A DNA stretch of 64,000 nucleotides, from positions 1-64,000 of the forward strand of contig NMRA01000233.1 of NCBI GenBank assembly GCA_002633005.1. Direction: 5' to 3'. The number at the start of each line of letters is the position of its first letter. The first letter of the stretch is position 1. Below are positions 26,801-41,800 of this stretch, piece by piece. The notes under the pieces were generated by a model, which was not told where the DNA came from, made no database searches, and saw nothing but the letters and a program-made list of their open reading frames with translations. Made by a program: the position numbers and the translations under genes. Source of the stretch: Phoronis australis. Taxonomy: Eukaryota; Animalia; Phoronida.

Positions 26801-29800
26801 GTACTCCACAACAAGAGAAAAATCTCTGGATGAACACACATGTTGTTGTCACGTGACGTTTGTTTTGAAGGTCGTCTGTGTATGAGAGTGAGTGAGCGTG
26901 CGTGTGCGGGTCATCGACGATAGACTTTTTTGTTACAAAAGGCGGAGGATTATGCAAGAAAATGGCGTTTACTAGATTGTTTTTCACTTAAACGGCTGTA
27001 ACGTGCAAGGTGAGTGCTGGTTAACTCACAGATTTTGTGTGCACAGGCCGACTGTCGTTAGCTCTGCCGTGGAGTATTAATAGTCCAAGGCTCGATCTAC
27101 ATGTTGGGGACGAAATGAACTACCCGGGCTGTGTGAAATTTCTGGGTCTAACGGAGACACTGACGCAGTGGTCAGTCAGATCGCTGTATCAAGACTATAG
27201 TCAAAATCCAAATTCGTTTTATCGTGTCCCTGTCAATAATAACGGCATGTTAAAGCCTTCTTAATTTTCGTACTTCAGGAACATAACAATCACGTGTTTT
27301 GTACACATACGCGCACGCCGCAGATCACATCTCGGAAATTGCCGATTTGACGGATGACAATGAATGAACACAATGAAATTAACAACGTCGTTTTACAGCT
27401 TGTAAGATTCATAATAAAAGTATTTTGAATATTGCAATGCATGTGTTCCAAAATCTAAATAACTTGGGTCCTATATTTTTGTATTAGTGCGCGCCGAATG
27501 AAAGTAATCGTGAGTGTTGCTGTGTTGCAAAATCTCTTATCCTGGGCCGATTTGAAAAATTCAAAGTTGTACTCATATTTGTTTTCGCTCCTCTTTTCAA
27601 ATATTACAGTAAAAACTACGTAAAACTCTCACCATAAAAAGTACAGTCTGCTAGCTAGATTGTAATCAGCTGATCATATCCGCATGAGCGAAGCCAATTA
27701 TCCTCGCTCGTGACTCGATGACTAGAGCAGCCTGGCGGCATCCCTTTGATCGTGAGCCGAGTGCGACTCAGCCAAGGTGGATAAATACGGTCTAGTTCAA
27801 TTTTCCATACCCCGCCGTTTACCTTAACCACTGGGGTTAGAACCAATTTTATTTAGTGGGAATGTTCATAGCATGAATTCCGATTTGGTAAAAATTTAAA
27901 GCTGTACGCTTTTTGGTAAGAGAACAGAAAATTAAAAAAAAACAATAGCAATGCAAAGCATTGAAATGCATTCATGACAGGAGCACAATCGGTATTTTTC
28001 TAGGGATGCTTATTAGTTAGAAAAAAAGAACACCCTTTGGTCCAAAATACAATGAAGCTGTCCGCAAATTGAAAGGCCCTGTTGCCATCCTCACAAAAAA
28101 CCTATCACATCGTCATCTGTCGCCAGCTTCATAGGAACACATCTGCTGACACTCATTAAGATCATGTGCGGGATTCAGGACACATAGCAGCAGACACCGG
28201 ACAGACGGGCACTCATGGTTAGAGCACATTCTAAGCTTAACACTTCATTGGCTGAGCGTGCCCATGTACCTGCCATGGTGGGCATTTGTAAATTGTTTGC
28301 TCCTTGACCTAACATTAATGATTGCAAAAACAAAACCAGCAGTCACAGCCAAAGACCCTTACCTGATGATTTACGTCTGATCAGCCCTACAATAAAAGAA
28401 AAACAAAATAACAGCAAAATCTGTGCAGACGATAAAAATTTCCCGCTGTAGTAACGGTAAAATCTCACCAATTAAGAAGAAAATGTGGCGGAAAGATGAT
28501 TTTTAAAAATTTTTACATAAAAAAAATAAGAAGTATCAAATAAATGTAATATATCAATTTTAAGTTCTATACCCTACGTATAGCTAGCAATCGGGCATTA
28601 TTTTGAGAAATTGTGAGCGTTCACAACAACGTTAGGAACAGTTCAAAAATGAAAAACGATAAACATAATAAGCAATTAAATATTTTCACTCATTCAAATT
28701 AGTTAGATTAAAACAGATCTCTGCATCAACTGAGTTCATAAAGCCTGTGCCAAGTGACTTGATCATTTCAGGCCTTCTTATTTCACCTGGCCATAAATGA
28801 TGTAATATTCAAAGGGTGAAGCAAACTCTTAATAATCACCTGAATGGACCGACACCAGAGATTTGGGGCATGTTTCACATGCGGCTCCATCACCAGCTAC
28901 AAAAAATCACGAGAATGTCTTCTTGAGAAATAATAGAAAACATTCAGAAGAAGATGATTCAAACACAATACTGACAACAGATAGTAAAGCTTAGGTCATA
29001 AACAGCCAAACGACTTTTGACAATATTGGAGTTCCAACTTCCTACATCATAGAACAAGAGCAATGAGGAGTGTTCAAATGTGCCCACGATAGCACCTCAG
29101 TGTGCTTCTATGGGTGTTTTTAGTATCATAAAAATGGCCATTAGAAGGTGCAGAATGCGTCAAACTTGTCCGAATCGAGAAGGTGGCATAGTCTCTGTAA
29201 TACACAACTATATGCCACATTTCATGAAAATAAGCCAAGAAACTCCTAAGACATAAAGGCAAACTGTCATAAAAAACAATCGACACTATGGGGCACAGCT
29301 ATAGTCTGACTGATCTGAAACTCATTGTCATCTCTTACCATCCTGTTAAATTACGCAAAGATCCTTCAAAGAGAAAGCCGTAAATGCAAAACAGCAAAAT
29401 TGCCAGAATAGTCAAAAACATCAGAAAATAAACATCAGCCGGGTCCTCGCATCAGGAACACAACCGTCAATTTTCATAATCATACTTTCGAGTGGTTTGG
29501 TAGAAAGAGGGGCACACGTAAAAAACATTATGCAAAAGCTTTCACATGGCCACCAGGTGGCACAGAATACATCAAACTTGTCCCAAAATGGGAGATGTCA
29601 TCTAATTGCCAAATTTCATGAAAATGCATTTAGAACTCCAAAGATACGGAGGTAAAAAAACACATTGCTATTGGTATTTGGATTAGTTTGACATTTGTTA
29701 CCAGTTGTCGTCGGTACCAAAGGATAATATCCTTCAAATTTCACAAAGCTCCTTCAAAGGGTTAAGGAGATTTGGTCTCAGATGCAAAACAAAAACAAAT

Positions 29801-32800
29801 CACCACAAGGGGCAACACAGCAGTCGGACCCGTCCGAAATTCTACTTCAGTCATGGCCTCCTTGTCAGGAACACATCAGATTCTATAAATTCTCCTAATG
29901 AACCTTTAAGCAGTATGGCAGATAGAGAGGTGGACGCCAGGAAAAGAATGCACAAATTACAAAAATGGCCACCAAGTGGTGCAAGAAACAAATCTGTGCG
30001 AAAATGGAGAGATATTGTCATTTCCTTAATAGAAACCTATTTACTGAATTTCGTGAAAATGCATTACTGAAATTCGAAAATACAGAGGCAAAGTAACGTA
30101 AAAAAACATTTTGCTACGAAGGGGGCACAGTGGTATCTGGATCAGTTTGACACTCGATACCGTTTCTCAATGGCTCCTTAGGAATACATCTTTCAAATTT
30201 CACAAAGCGCCTCCAAAGGGTTAAGGAGATTCAACCGTAAAAAAACACCACTAGGAGGGCTACATATTTGTCGGACCCATCCGAAAGTCAACATCAGTTG
30301 TGGCCTTCTCATCAGCAACACATCCATAAATTTTAATAATGATCCTTTGAGCGCTATGGCAGATAGAGAAGCAGACGCCAGAAAATGGATGCAAAAATAA
30401 CAAAAATAGCAACAAGGTGGCGTAAAATCCAAAAAGGAATGGCATCATCCCTTCAATATCAAAATCCTGTTTGCTGAATTTTATGAGAATTTGTCAAGGA
30501 ACTACGAAGATACAGAGGCAAATGTAAAAAAATAAATTGCCACTAGGGGCCACAACAGTAACAGAAATCAGATTGGTCTGAAACACGTCATCTGTCGTCA
30601 GCCACACAGGAAAAAACATGCGAAATTTCATATAAATACATGGATACACAAAAATGGGAAGTATTTGTTTGACAGGACCAAGGGCCTTTTGTGGTCAGTC
30701 TACAGCTCAAAAAATAGCACTTCACACGCACCCTCCAGGTGTTTCTTTGCAGGTAGGAGTCTGTATGACTGGTTGTGACCTAGACTTTAGGCAATCAGAT
30801 AAAGACCTATTGTGCCATTCACTTGAAATTGCTCATGGTACCAACTCAACTCAACATATCTGGGCCCGAAATCCATCTCGTAAACACGAACTCAAACTTT
30901 TATTTCTAGCACTTTACGTTCAACATCCAGTACAAATTTAAGATAATTGTCTATGACTTTTGTGCTACCCAGAGAGAACGATAATTGACAAAGAATACAG
31001 TACACTAAAATCCAACTTCGCATTTAGATGATCCCAACATTAAGGTTACAAAACAAATACAAATATTGCAGTTGTTGAAAGTTACTACGAGCTCAATTTC
31101 AGTAACCACAATCAAAGCTGCGTATTAACACTGCATGGCAAATAACCAAAACATTAGCACATAAGTTGTAATAGTTCATACTGAAAAAACTACGCTACAA
31201 AGAAGCCGCCACAGGGGGAAAATGTTGCCATGGCTTAAGCCCAGACTTTGTGTTAATCTAGCAACAGTACCAGTTCTGAGGACCACAAATGAGATAATGT
31301 CATGCGGTACTACTCCGTTGTTTATTTGTTGTCGTTGTTGCACTGACTCCTGAACAACTTCAATAATGGTCCCCATATGTTGAAAACAAAAGAGAGGTAA
31401 CAGCTATTTTTTAATTTTGAAAGCAGTTACGACGGTCAGTTGCCTTTTATTACGATTGACATGCACACACAAGCCTGTTTATAACACGTCATGCACAATA
31501 CACATAGACTAGCCATTTACTGGCAGTTAAGTGGATTCCTAAATTGATGCAAAGGACTTGCAACGACAGAAGAAAATAAAATCAAGCCTGAGACTATATT
31601 AAAACCTACATTACCTGAACCATTCCTTGAAATAACGACTGTAACAGAAATAGGAAATAAAGTTTGAACAAACATCATCAAAAAATTGTTCTTGAAATGT
31701 GTAGCATCAAAACAAAAATGGGAAATCTGACCAAAATTATCAATTCCCTTTTAGAGAAGAACACAGCAGGAAATGTACTTTAAAGAGATATTATGGGTGA
31801 AAAAAGTGGTTTTAAAAGATAAGTCTGTTGGCAGACTTGAACCCTCAACCCGGCAAAACAGTTGCGGTATAACATTCTTCTACATGGGTTAAATTCCCTT
31901 GGTAAGTGCTGGCATACTTTAAGCGTACTTAACTGATTAAAAAGCCACCGACTGTGGACTTCACTAAATGGGACAATCCTGAGGTTTACATGGTCAGGTG
32001 GGAGTATACTTGACTAGTGGGAGTTTGTACGGACATGTATAAATGCCCATGTCCAATTTTCTACCCCCCCCAAATATTTGCACTATGAATAACTCAAAAC
32101 CTATAGGAGTTTACAGGGCAAAACACAGTATATTCGTCTCTGTACAGACATAAAGACTGAAAGACAACTACCGTTATGATAACCCCAATGTGCTTTTGAC
32201 CGTGGATAAAAACAGCCTCCTTAGCACACACCAAAAAACTTACCACACATCTATGTGGGTGTACGCACACACACACGCACACACATAACCAAGGAAATTG
32301 AACCCCAGCCAATCTGAGCTGCTCTTGCAACAGCCAGTTTTTAGTATAAGTGACTGAAAGAAACGACAAGCAGAAAGCGGGGTCCAAAATTTCGGTCACT
32401 TAAGCACTAAAATGTTTGAGAGATGCTTTTCATAGTCAAGTCTTAGACAGCATTTGAACAGGAAATATGAAGTGGATGTACACAGAACTTACTCTCTTCA
32501 GGTTCACTAGACCGACGGGGCTCTCCTGCACCTATAGAAGAAAACATAAAATGTGTAAACTAGGCAAACAAGTATCAATGAAGAGTCACCCAAAGCACAG
32601 ACACACAAGCTGCAAGCAAAAACAGGAGCTTGTATTATATCAAGTTACTAGTAAGATAAGACCAGTTGATACAAATACAGTGATTTTTCAACTACTAAAC
32701 ACATGGTGGCCAAGTCAAAATTTATTTTGCCAAATTTCTGAACAAAATAAAGATTAAGGCAATTCTGATCTCAATTTGACTGTATCTCTATTTGACTGTC

Positions 32801-35800
32801 GTTTGTACTTAGTAGATACCTCAAAACAACCGTTGGCCAAGTTTCATATTTGCAGCTCAGAAATCAACGTTTAAATATATAGAAAATGACAACCTTGGCA
32901 ACTATTTTTGTGCCGAACAATCACTTGGCTCCCAGATTTTGAGAACCATGCAGTTTAAAGCTTGTTATTCCGTAAAGAAAACTGGCTCTCAAGATAAAGA
33001 CCATTGTACATGACTTTTGTCTCATGACTATGAAATGTTATGGGAAGAACCTGTAGACTTCAGAATGCCCAGTTGGTAGTGTCCAATTTGGCTGACCTCA
33101 TTTCAGAGATCAACTACCATTGTTAGTCTCAATAGTAGACAACCAAAAAGTAAGCAGACACTGTTAAACAGAACCATATGGTCTAAAAATGGGCCACCTT
33201 TGATAAATGTACTAAAAATATGAGTTTAATGTACGTGGTATAAATCTGATTGTAACATAAATGTGGTAAAAATGACATTTTTGGTAAAATTATGACAAAC
33301 TAGGGTTGACTTCAATTATGAATACTGTTCTTTTATCCACAAGAACACAATTGTTGAATTTCACTAAGTTAAGCTTCTTTGGCCAAGAAGTTCAGCATAT
33401 AGGGGGCTACACTTCAAAAAACAATGGCATTAAATGAAAGATTTGCAACAAGAAGTTGTAGATTTAATCTTTATTCTTGAAACAGAAGTTAGCCAAATGT
33501 TGTGAAGAACATTCAAAGGATTGAAAAGATACAGCTGAGGATAATGGCCTACTTATGACAGAGATGACAGCGATATACACCCATACTGATGAAATTATGC
33601 ACTAAGAGCATTCAATCCACTGATCTTTCCATTGAAAGCATTGGAAATGAATAACTCGACAGTTGGTTAATCATCAACACATCTAAGAGTGAAAGTATTG
33701 CAGAAAAGTCTACCATTAATACTTAAACTACTGCTTAAACTAATGAACATTTCTATTGATGACGTTATTTGAATCTTCAAAAAAAAATGTATCCACATTT
33801 TAACATTCCTTTCATTTACTGACTAACCCTTAAACACTTCTTCCAAACAGAAAATAACTTGTCTGTACTTTCAATAGCTCAATTGTTGCTTCCAACTGCA
33901 ACAGAACAAGTTTCTAGCAGGGTTCCAACACTATTTAATCCAACACAACACTTCAAAAATAAATCAGTCATACCATCTGCAGAATCAGTGGCAGCAAGTT
34001 CCATGGCATTTCCGTTTGGATCCTTTTGAGGTACAACTTCACCGCTGGATTCACCTACAAAATACAAATTTAAAAAGTAACACTGGCCATTCACACAATG
34101 CACAATGTGTGTCATCAGACACACAGGTGGAATAACTAATAATCTACAATTAAGGCAATTTGAAATTTTGGCAACCATAAGGAAATCCATTGAGAAGTCC
34201 CCTGACAACTCTCCTGGTCCTAACAGTAGAAAAATTTTGTGATGACATCCCAACTGGTCATTTCTTAACGAGTAGCCATTCAACTACATTAACCTAGTTT
34301 GCAGTCATACAGTAACATGTCAGTTGTTCGTAGCAAAATAAATTGCCTAAAATTGTGCTGAAAGCAAAACGGATACTTTCAATGAATACATAGCTTATTA
34401 TATGCTTCAAATATTTTTCAAAATTCTATTCTCAATTTTATAAAGTTAGCATTTTAAAGTGACTTAATTCAAGTGGAGATTGCAAAATATGTGTGAAATA
34501 AAATATTTTTAAGAGAATCGAGCATCCATAAAAAGAAGAGGCAGGCTAAGATTCAGCATAACACATACATGGGACCGGATTTCGTTCAATCTTTCTGATT
34601 GTCTATCATGAAAAAATGAAACTTGCCTGAAAAACACATGCAATCTACTTGCATGCAACTAGCTAAATTGTGCCAACAGAATTTTTGACATTTGCATGTA
34701 AGAATAAGGTGCTAACCAGACTTAATTAGTCACTCAAGTAAATGCTAAACATTGACTCACAAAAAAACATTCGACTTTCCTCAGATTTATACTAAGTCAT
34801 ACTAATTTAAATGCTGTGAGCGTAAACCTGATCCCCGACGCATGCACACTATGACATATATGTGACACATCAGCGTCCATGTTGTACAAAGTAATAGTCG
34901 ACAACAAATGTTCAGCACAAGACAATCAACCAAAGAACGAAACTAATTTCTAATTTCTTCTAAAAGATTTTTGGAAACAAATAAAACAAGTTTTTAAGCA
35001 AGCCAGGAGCTCGTGATCAGTCCCATAAACTCAAAGTTTTTAACATTCCAAGGAAATGCGCACACAGCCAATCATGCTATGATTCAGCCACGTAAACGAC
35101 TGCTAAGAGCCGCACCAAAAACCAGGAGGACAACGTAGCATAAGACGAACAATGCAAAAAATGAAATACAAAAACCCATTTCTTCACATTAGATAGCATG
35201 ATCAAGGTCACGATACCCTTGAAATCACAACGGAGACTGCCAAAACCATTGATTCCGGAATCACCACTGTGACAACTACACGGCAGATGGTATGCCTCCA
35301 GGATGTTTATTCATATTACGAAACATAGAAATAGGTCAAAGCTGGAAATTCATTGATACTACTGGTATAATCTCGGGCGTACACTTCTCTGTCAAGGACC
35401 ATCAAAAAATCTGTCAAAGACGTTTTGCCACTAATCACCATCTTCTCTAGAACTAATGCACTGAGCGATATTCTACTAGATTCATTCCAGCCACAAACCC
35501 TTGTATCAAGTTTCATTAAAATTGTCAAGTAGCTTCAATGTACAAGCAATATCTAAACTAAAATGACTAATGGGGGTGCTAATTTAGTAGTCGAATCTGC
35601 TTGAAAGTCAAAGACAGAGGTGACGTGTATTATACGCAACTAAAACATTTTGTCGAGCACAAAAATTGTTATTGGCGTACTTATTGCCAAGTCTAAAGTC
35701 CAGCAATGCCTTCAACTGACTTGAAAACCCATCTGGACATTCCCACATTTTGTTGACGGTACTATGACATTCGATAGCTGGCATTCACGCTAAGTGCCTC

Positions 35801-38800
35801 TTAACACGCTTTCTCATTGGCTCAAATGTTTTACAATCAGTTTCAATAAATTACAGTGGTGATTCCAGAATCAAAGCGGTGACTTCAAGAAACACTACAG
35901 TAATTCTGAAAATCACTGCACTGATTTCATGGGTACCAAGACTTTGATTAAAGGGGAGTTTGCCTTTCCATAAAGGAGGCCTCCAAGTCAAATCAAGCTT
36001 AGGGGCTTCAAACATTATGGTCAACCCTGGCCATGCACACTCAGGTCTTTTGGACAACACGACAGCTAATGTATTTGTAACATACCTCAACCAATACCAA
36101 CAAAAACATAAATCTAACAGATTTACTTACGTGTTCATCTAATGTTTGTTGTTTTAAGAAAGAGACAGTGGAAATATGAAATGAACAAATGCTATGAAAG
36201 TTGTTAAAGCGCAGTTATTTACACCTAGAAATAAGAGTACAGGAGAATTTGTTAGAGGATGACCAAACTGCCACATGCCCCCTTGGAATAAACACATTTT
36301 TAAGGCACCTGGAGTTAACTTACCTACACCCTACTATAAAACATGAGATATCGCACCGACAGCACTTTCAAAATTAAATTCCTAGATTTGTTGCCATGAT
36401 TTTGAAATTTAATTCAAAGTGGTGAAACTGGAGAGGTTCCTGAATGAAGACACTCCACCTTCACCTCCCTGTAGAAAAATCTCAACCAAATCTAAAGCCT
36501 GACCTTGAAAATGAGGTCAAGTTCACCAAATCTGACAGGAACTTGAAGATGCCTCACCAACACCTTTAGTGTAAGCGTAAACCTTGTTACTGCGAGATAT
36601 CAGGCCAACAACATTTTCCAAGTTAATATTATGATACTAAATTTCTTACTGTAATCTTGAAAACAAGGTCAAAATCGCTAAAATCCAGGAGTTGCCAACT
36701 CGGTGCACAATTTTTATCAGCATGTGCCTTCTTTGATGTTTGTTTCAGAATAATATGCCTTACTGCAAAGGCTCCTGCTTACGATATGAATTCATAATGC
36801 ATGAAGCCTACATACTGTTACATGCAATATCAACCAAATATAAAGCTTTCTTCTTGAGCTGTGCACCAAAAAATGTGTACGAAGTCGAATTACAATTTTC
36901 TCTCTTTGACCTTGAAAGTGAAGTGAAAGTCGCCAAATTTAACTGGCACCAGCTAGGAGATCTCCTGACCATCTATACGACAAGATTTTCTTGCTGTGAA
37001 CTTTAAAATAAGTTTGCTCTTCCTACACTTTGGTAGAAAACATGAACAAAATCTAAAACTGAGATATTACGGTAACAACCATTTCTTAAGTCAAAAGTTG
37101 AGTTTTTCAATGTGACTTTGAAAATGATGTCAAGGTCACCAAATCTGATTAGAGGTGCTCCAGCTACACCTAGATGCAAAATATGAACAAAAACTCATAT
37201 ACGGTATCTCCTTCTTGAGGTAATGAACCGACAAATTCCTTGCAATTTAGAGACGTATGTGATATACAAACATTATTTTGTGAGTGCTATGCCCCATACT
37301 TCACACTAATGGACGTGAGGGGGACAACTCCAACACATTTAAAAACTGCCTTCAGGACTAAAGAAGAAGACATTTTTTTAATGTGACAATTTCAGACCAT
37401 CTGCGTGCGCTAATTGACATAAAACTTATTATTGGTGATAATTCGAGCGAACTGAGACGCAAGTTGGCCATTCATACTGTACCGCAACGTCGATCCAGGA
37501 CCGAAGTTAATCATTTATACTCACAACTCCCCAAAACATCCATTCATTAGTATGAAGGGGCCTAGAGTGAACTGCATGATGGACCTAGTACAGGTGACAA
37601 TTCAAGCCAAAACCCAACTAAATTTGTGAACTGAAGCACAAGTTTCAATTACCCCTTTCCTGCCAACAGAAACAAAGAGCCATCTGGCTGGGCTGCCAAC
37701 AGTCAAGAGGTACCTATAGTTTTATGACATAACGAGGTGTCATAAAGGATTATATAGAAAACCAAGCAGGCCACTCAGCTGGACAGAATTCAATGGGTTC
37801 TTGTGTTTGCATAAGAGTACTCCAACCATGGCATGCTCATCATCCAACAGTAATTTTTTACCTGGACTGTGTTCTTCATGTAATGAAAAAATTTTTTGCA
37901 ATACCGTAGAAGGCAGATTCATGCCCGCTATCAGTTTAGCATAGTTACAAAATATCATCGCAATGTCTAAATAAAACTACTGAACTTCAAAAAAAAAAAA
38001 AAAAAAAATAACACACCACACACAAATTACAATGTTAGAACCAATGTAGGCTTAAATGAAAGCTATTTTTATGAAAGACAGAACTCCAGTCATGTATACC
38101 TCTTACCTTTGAAGAATTTCCTCAATCTCTCTAGACATCCGTACTTCCAACATAAAAAACCACATACACCACCACCAAGACAGCAGAGCACAATCGTCAC
38201 ACCAACTGCTAACACGACAGTATCAACCACTCCCAACACCACTGGGACAGACGTTTCTGCAAAATAAATGGCAAGTAAAAACATGACATATATTTTTAGT
38301 TAAACTGAGCCCCAATATTAATCCACTCAACTTCTGGACTTTAAAAAGTTGCTAGGTTGGTAATAATATAAAAATAATTGCAGGCGGTCAGGTACATGTT
38401 GCACCAGAGGTGCGCAGGCTGCTCAGGTGGTCTCATTCCACCAACCACCCAAAACCACTTTTATGCTTTAATTATTAATATATAGACAAAGCTTTAATTA
38501 TTAATATATAGACAAAATCAAGCCGAGGAACTAGAGGCCTGAATCAAGGATAATAATAACCAACTCCACAAATTGTCACATTCTCAGATTTTTCTGAAAT
38601 TTTAAGCAAAAATACAACCAGAATGTTATGAAGACCTTTCACTACAAAAACACTTGTTGGTGAACAAAAAGGCCAGAAACGTAATGACCCACAAAATGCC
38701 ATCACAGTTAAGTCTGAGGAAACAGAATATGAAAGACAGGTTTTAGCCACACTAATCAGTGCTAGACAGGGCTTGGAATGACCAATGACAAAAAACATTA

Positions 38801-41800
38801 AGAATTTACAGCTTATGTATCATTCCACAAATAAACAGGCTTGCATGAATAAAGTCAAAACAAGAGCAACGTGGAGCATTGAAATGCGCTCACGAATGCA
38901 TCCCAAATGGTGTGCCTTTAGGGTTGTTCATTTGTGTCATAAACATGGCCACTAGATGGCAATCCATCCGAAAATGGGAACATGTCATTGCTTCTTTAAT
39001 AGAAAGCTACACACTAAATTTCATAGAGATCCATCACCGAACTTCGGAGAAACAAAGGAAAACAGAATAAAATGAAATTGCCACTAGGGGGCACATTATT
39101 CATTGGATCCGCCTGAAAGTGGTCATTGTCTGTTGTTAGCTTCATATAAATAAATCTACTAATCAAATTTTAATTAATGAAGATCCTGCAGTGGGTTTAG
39201 GAGATACAGCTATGGGAGCAAAACAAAACAAAACAAAACAAAACTACCACTAGGAGGCACCACCGTAGTCAAAGTTGTCATCGTCAACCGTCCTCTTCAC
39301 ACTGAGACCACATACGCCAATTTTCAAAACCATCCTTAGAATGATTTGGTTGATAGAGGCTGGGGTAGACGCCAAAAAACAGCAAAAATGGCCACTAGGT
39401 GGTGCAAAAAACCTTGATTTCATCCGAAAACAGGAGGATAGGGTCATCTCACCAATAGATGCCTGTATTCAAAATTTTATGAAAATCCGTTGAGGACCTT
39501 TGAAGATACATAGGTAAACGTAAAACTAAAATTGCCAACAGGGGGCACACCAGTAGTCAGATCCACCCGAAAATCGTCGTTATCCATTGTCAACATACTT
39601 CTTAAATTTAGTAAAGATCCTGCAAATGGTTTAGAAGATACAGCCATGGGCGCAAAAATGAAACTGCCACTAGGAAGCGCCACAGTAGTCAAAGTCATAG
39701 GAAAATCATCGTCAGCCCTCCACTTCATAGTAAAAACATACATGCCAATTTCTACAATATTATTATCCTGAAAGCGGTTTGGTTGATAGAGGGGTGCATG
39801 CCAAGAAACAGACTCAAAGACAGTAAATATGGCCACTAGGTGGTGCAAACTAGGTTGAATCCATTTGAAAACAGAAAGATATCGTCACCTCACTAACAGA
39901 AGCCTGTACGCCAAATGTTATGTAAATACGTTAAGGACCTTCGAAGATACAGAGGTAAATGGAAAAAAATAAAATTGCCACTAGGTGGTACACCAGTATT
40001 CAGATGAAAGTGGTAGTCATATCAATGCACTCACTAAATTTAGTAAAGATCCTGCAAACGGTTTAGGTTTAGCCATAGGCGCAAAAAATGCCACTAGGAG
40101 GCGCCACAGTGGTCAAAGTAGTTGGAAAATCATCGTCAACTGTCCTCTTCATAGTAAGAACATAATGCCAATTTTCACTATCATGCTTAGAGCGGTTTGG
40201 TTGATAGACGAGTGGACGCTCAAAAATAGACTCGAAAACAGTAAAAATGGCCACTACGTTGCGCAAACTACGTCAAAACCATCCGAAAACGAGAGAATAT
40301 CGTCTCACTAATAGATGACTGAATACTAAATTTTGTGAAAATACGTTGAGGACCTCCAAAGATACAGAGGTGAGCGTAAAAAACTAAAATTGCCACTAGG
40401 GGGCACACCCGTAGTCGGAGAGGACCGAAATTTGTCGTCATCCGTCATCAGCTTGATAGGACCACATCTGATAAATCTCATCAAGATCCTGTCAGGGATT
40501 TAGGAGATACAGCTACAGATGCCGGGACATAGATGACGGCAATATAAAAATGTGGGCGCATAATGACAAAAGAGATGAAAAAAACCGGAAACTGGAAATG
40601 AAATAAGAAAATGAAACCAAGAAAGAGGAAATCCTTTCAAAAGAGGACAATTTCAAGCCCTGGCTAGAATCATCAACATCTTTCCATAGGCGAAGTTGAA
40701 TACCATCTCATTTTATACAAACTTTTTGTATGATTCCTAGATTCTTCACCCCTTGACGCACTTGTGGAAGATTCTGTAAATAAAAAACAACAATGTAATG
40801 ACGACATTTGAATAGGGGACATAAAGCAATGGAGACATGAGGCACTCACCCATTCAAATTTCACTGCATTTTTGGCGATATTAAAGGAGCATGCCACCCA
40901 AAAAACAACCTAATTTGTATCAATTTAGATTGAGTAGTTCTACTCCATAATGACATGTACTTTTGCGTTACCTGACACCTGTCAGCAGACGGAGGTGTTG
41001 AAATTATCCAATGACATCATCGGTTCGAACGTAGTCTATTCAGCCCTTCACAACACGCTTACTGGTGTCAAGTTGTCGCTTGAATTCATCGTTTAACACC
41101 AATAAATCATCAAACTTCAATGTAAAACCCTTAAAAATACACCGAGTTCTTATAAAAACGTGTGGTTTTATTTGCTCTTACGGATTTATTGGTATTTCGA
41201 CACACCGTAGCCTACAAAGTTCGGCAGGCCAATAAGGTCCGTAGCAGGAGTTTGTTCAGAGATAAATTCGAAGTATTTTCTGTGAGATACAGACAGGAGA
41301 ACCTAGATCTGTGTTGTTTAGACTTGTGATTTTTTGAGTTCTTAACACAAAATGCTCGTTATCCTGGCAAGTGGCTCGGAGCCCGATCAGGACATTTCAT
41401 TCTTCACTACCATAAGCCACTTCCTAAGCATTTCGGGCTCTCGAGGAAGTAAAAAAAATGATATACCCGATTTCCTCGCACCTGCTTAGTTCGGACAAGC
41501 GGGAACGATGCACCGCAACATAGAGGCATTCACTCTGCATATGAACCACTGACGTCGCTGGCATCGTTTCTCACCTTCCTCACAGGTTAACGCGACACCT
41601 CTTGGCAAGGTAAGGTCGACTGTATGCGATGTGGATATAGACCGATTAAGACGGCAAAAAACACTAATTAAATCGGGTGGCATTCTCCTTTAAGGTAACT
41701 CAGATAAGCATTTCACTTTGCTATGGTGTACACAAGTCAATTTAACCATTGTATAGAGAATGACCATCATCTCTACTGGCATCATCAGTAGAAATGATGC

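Noticed and set aside
36131-36138. 8-nt microexon (ag ATGAACAC gtaag)
   Set aside because: Weak polypyrimidine tract and it would break the reading frame
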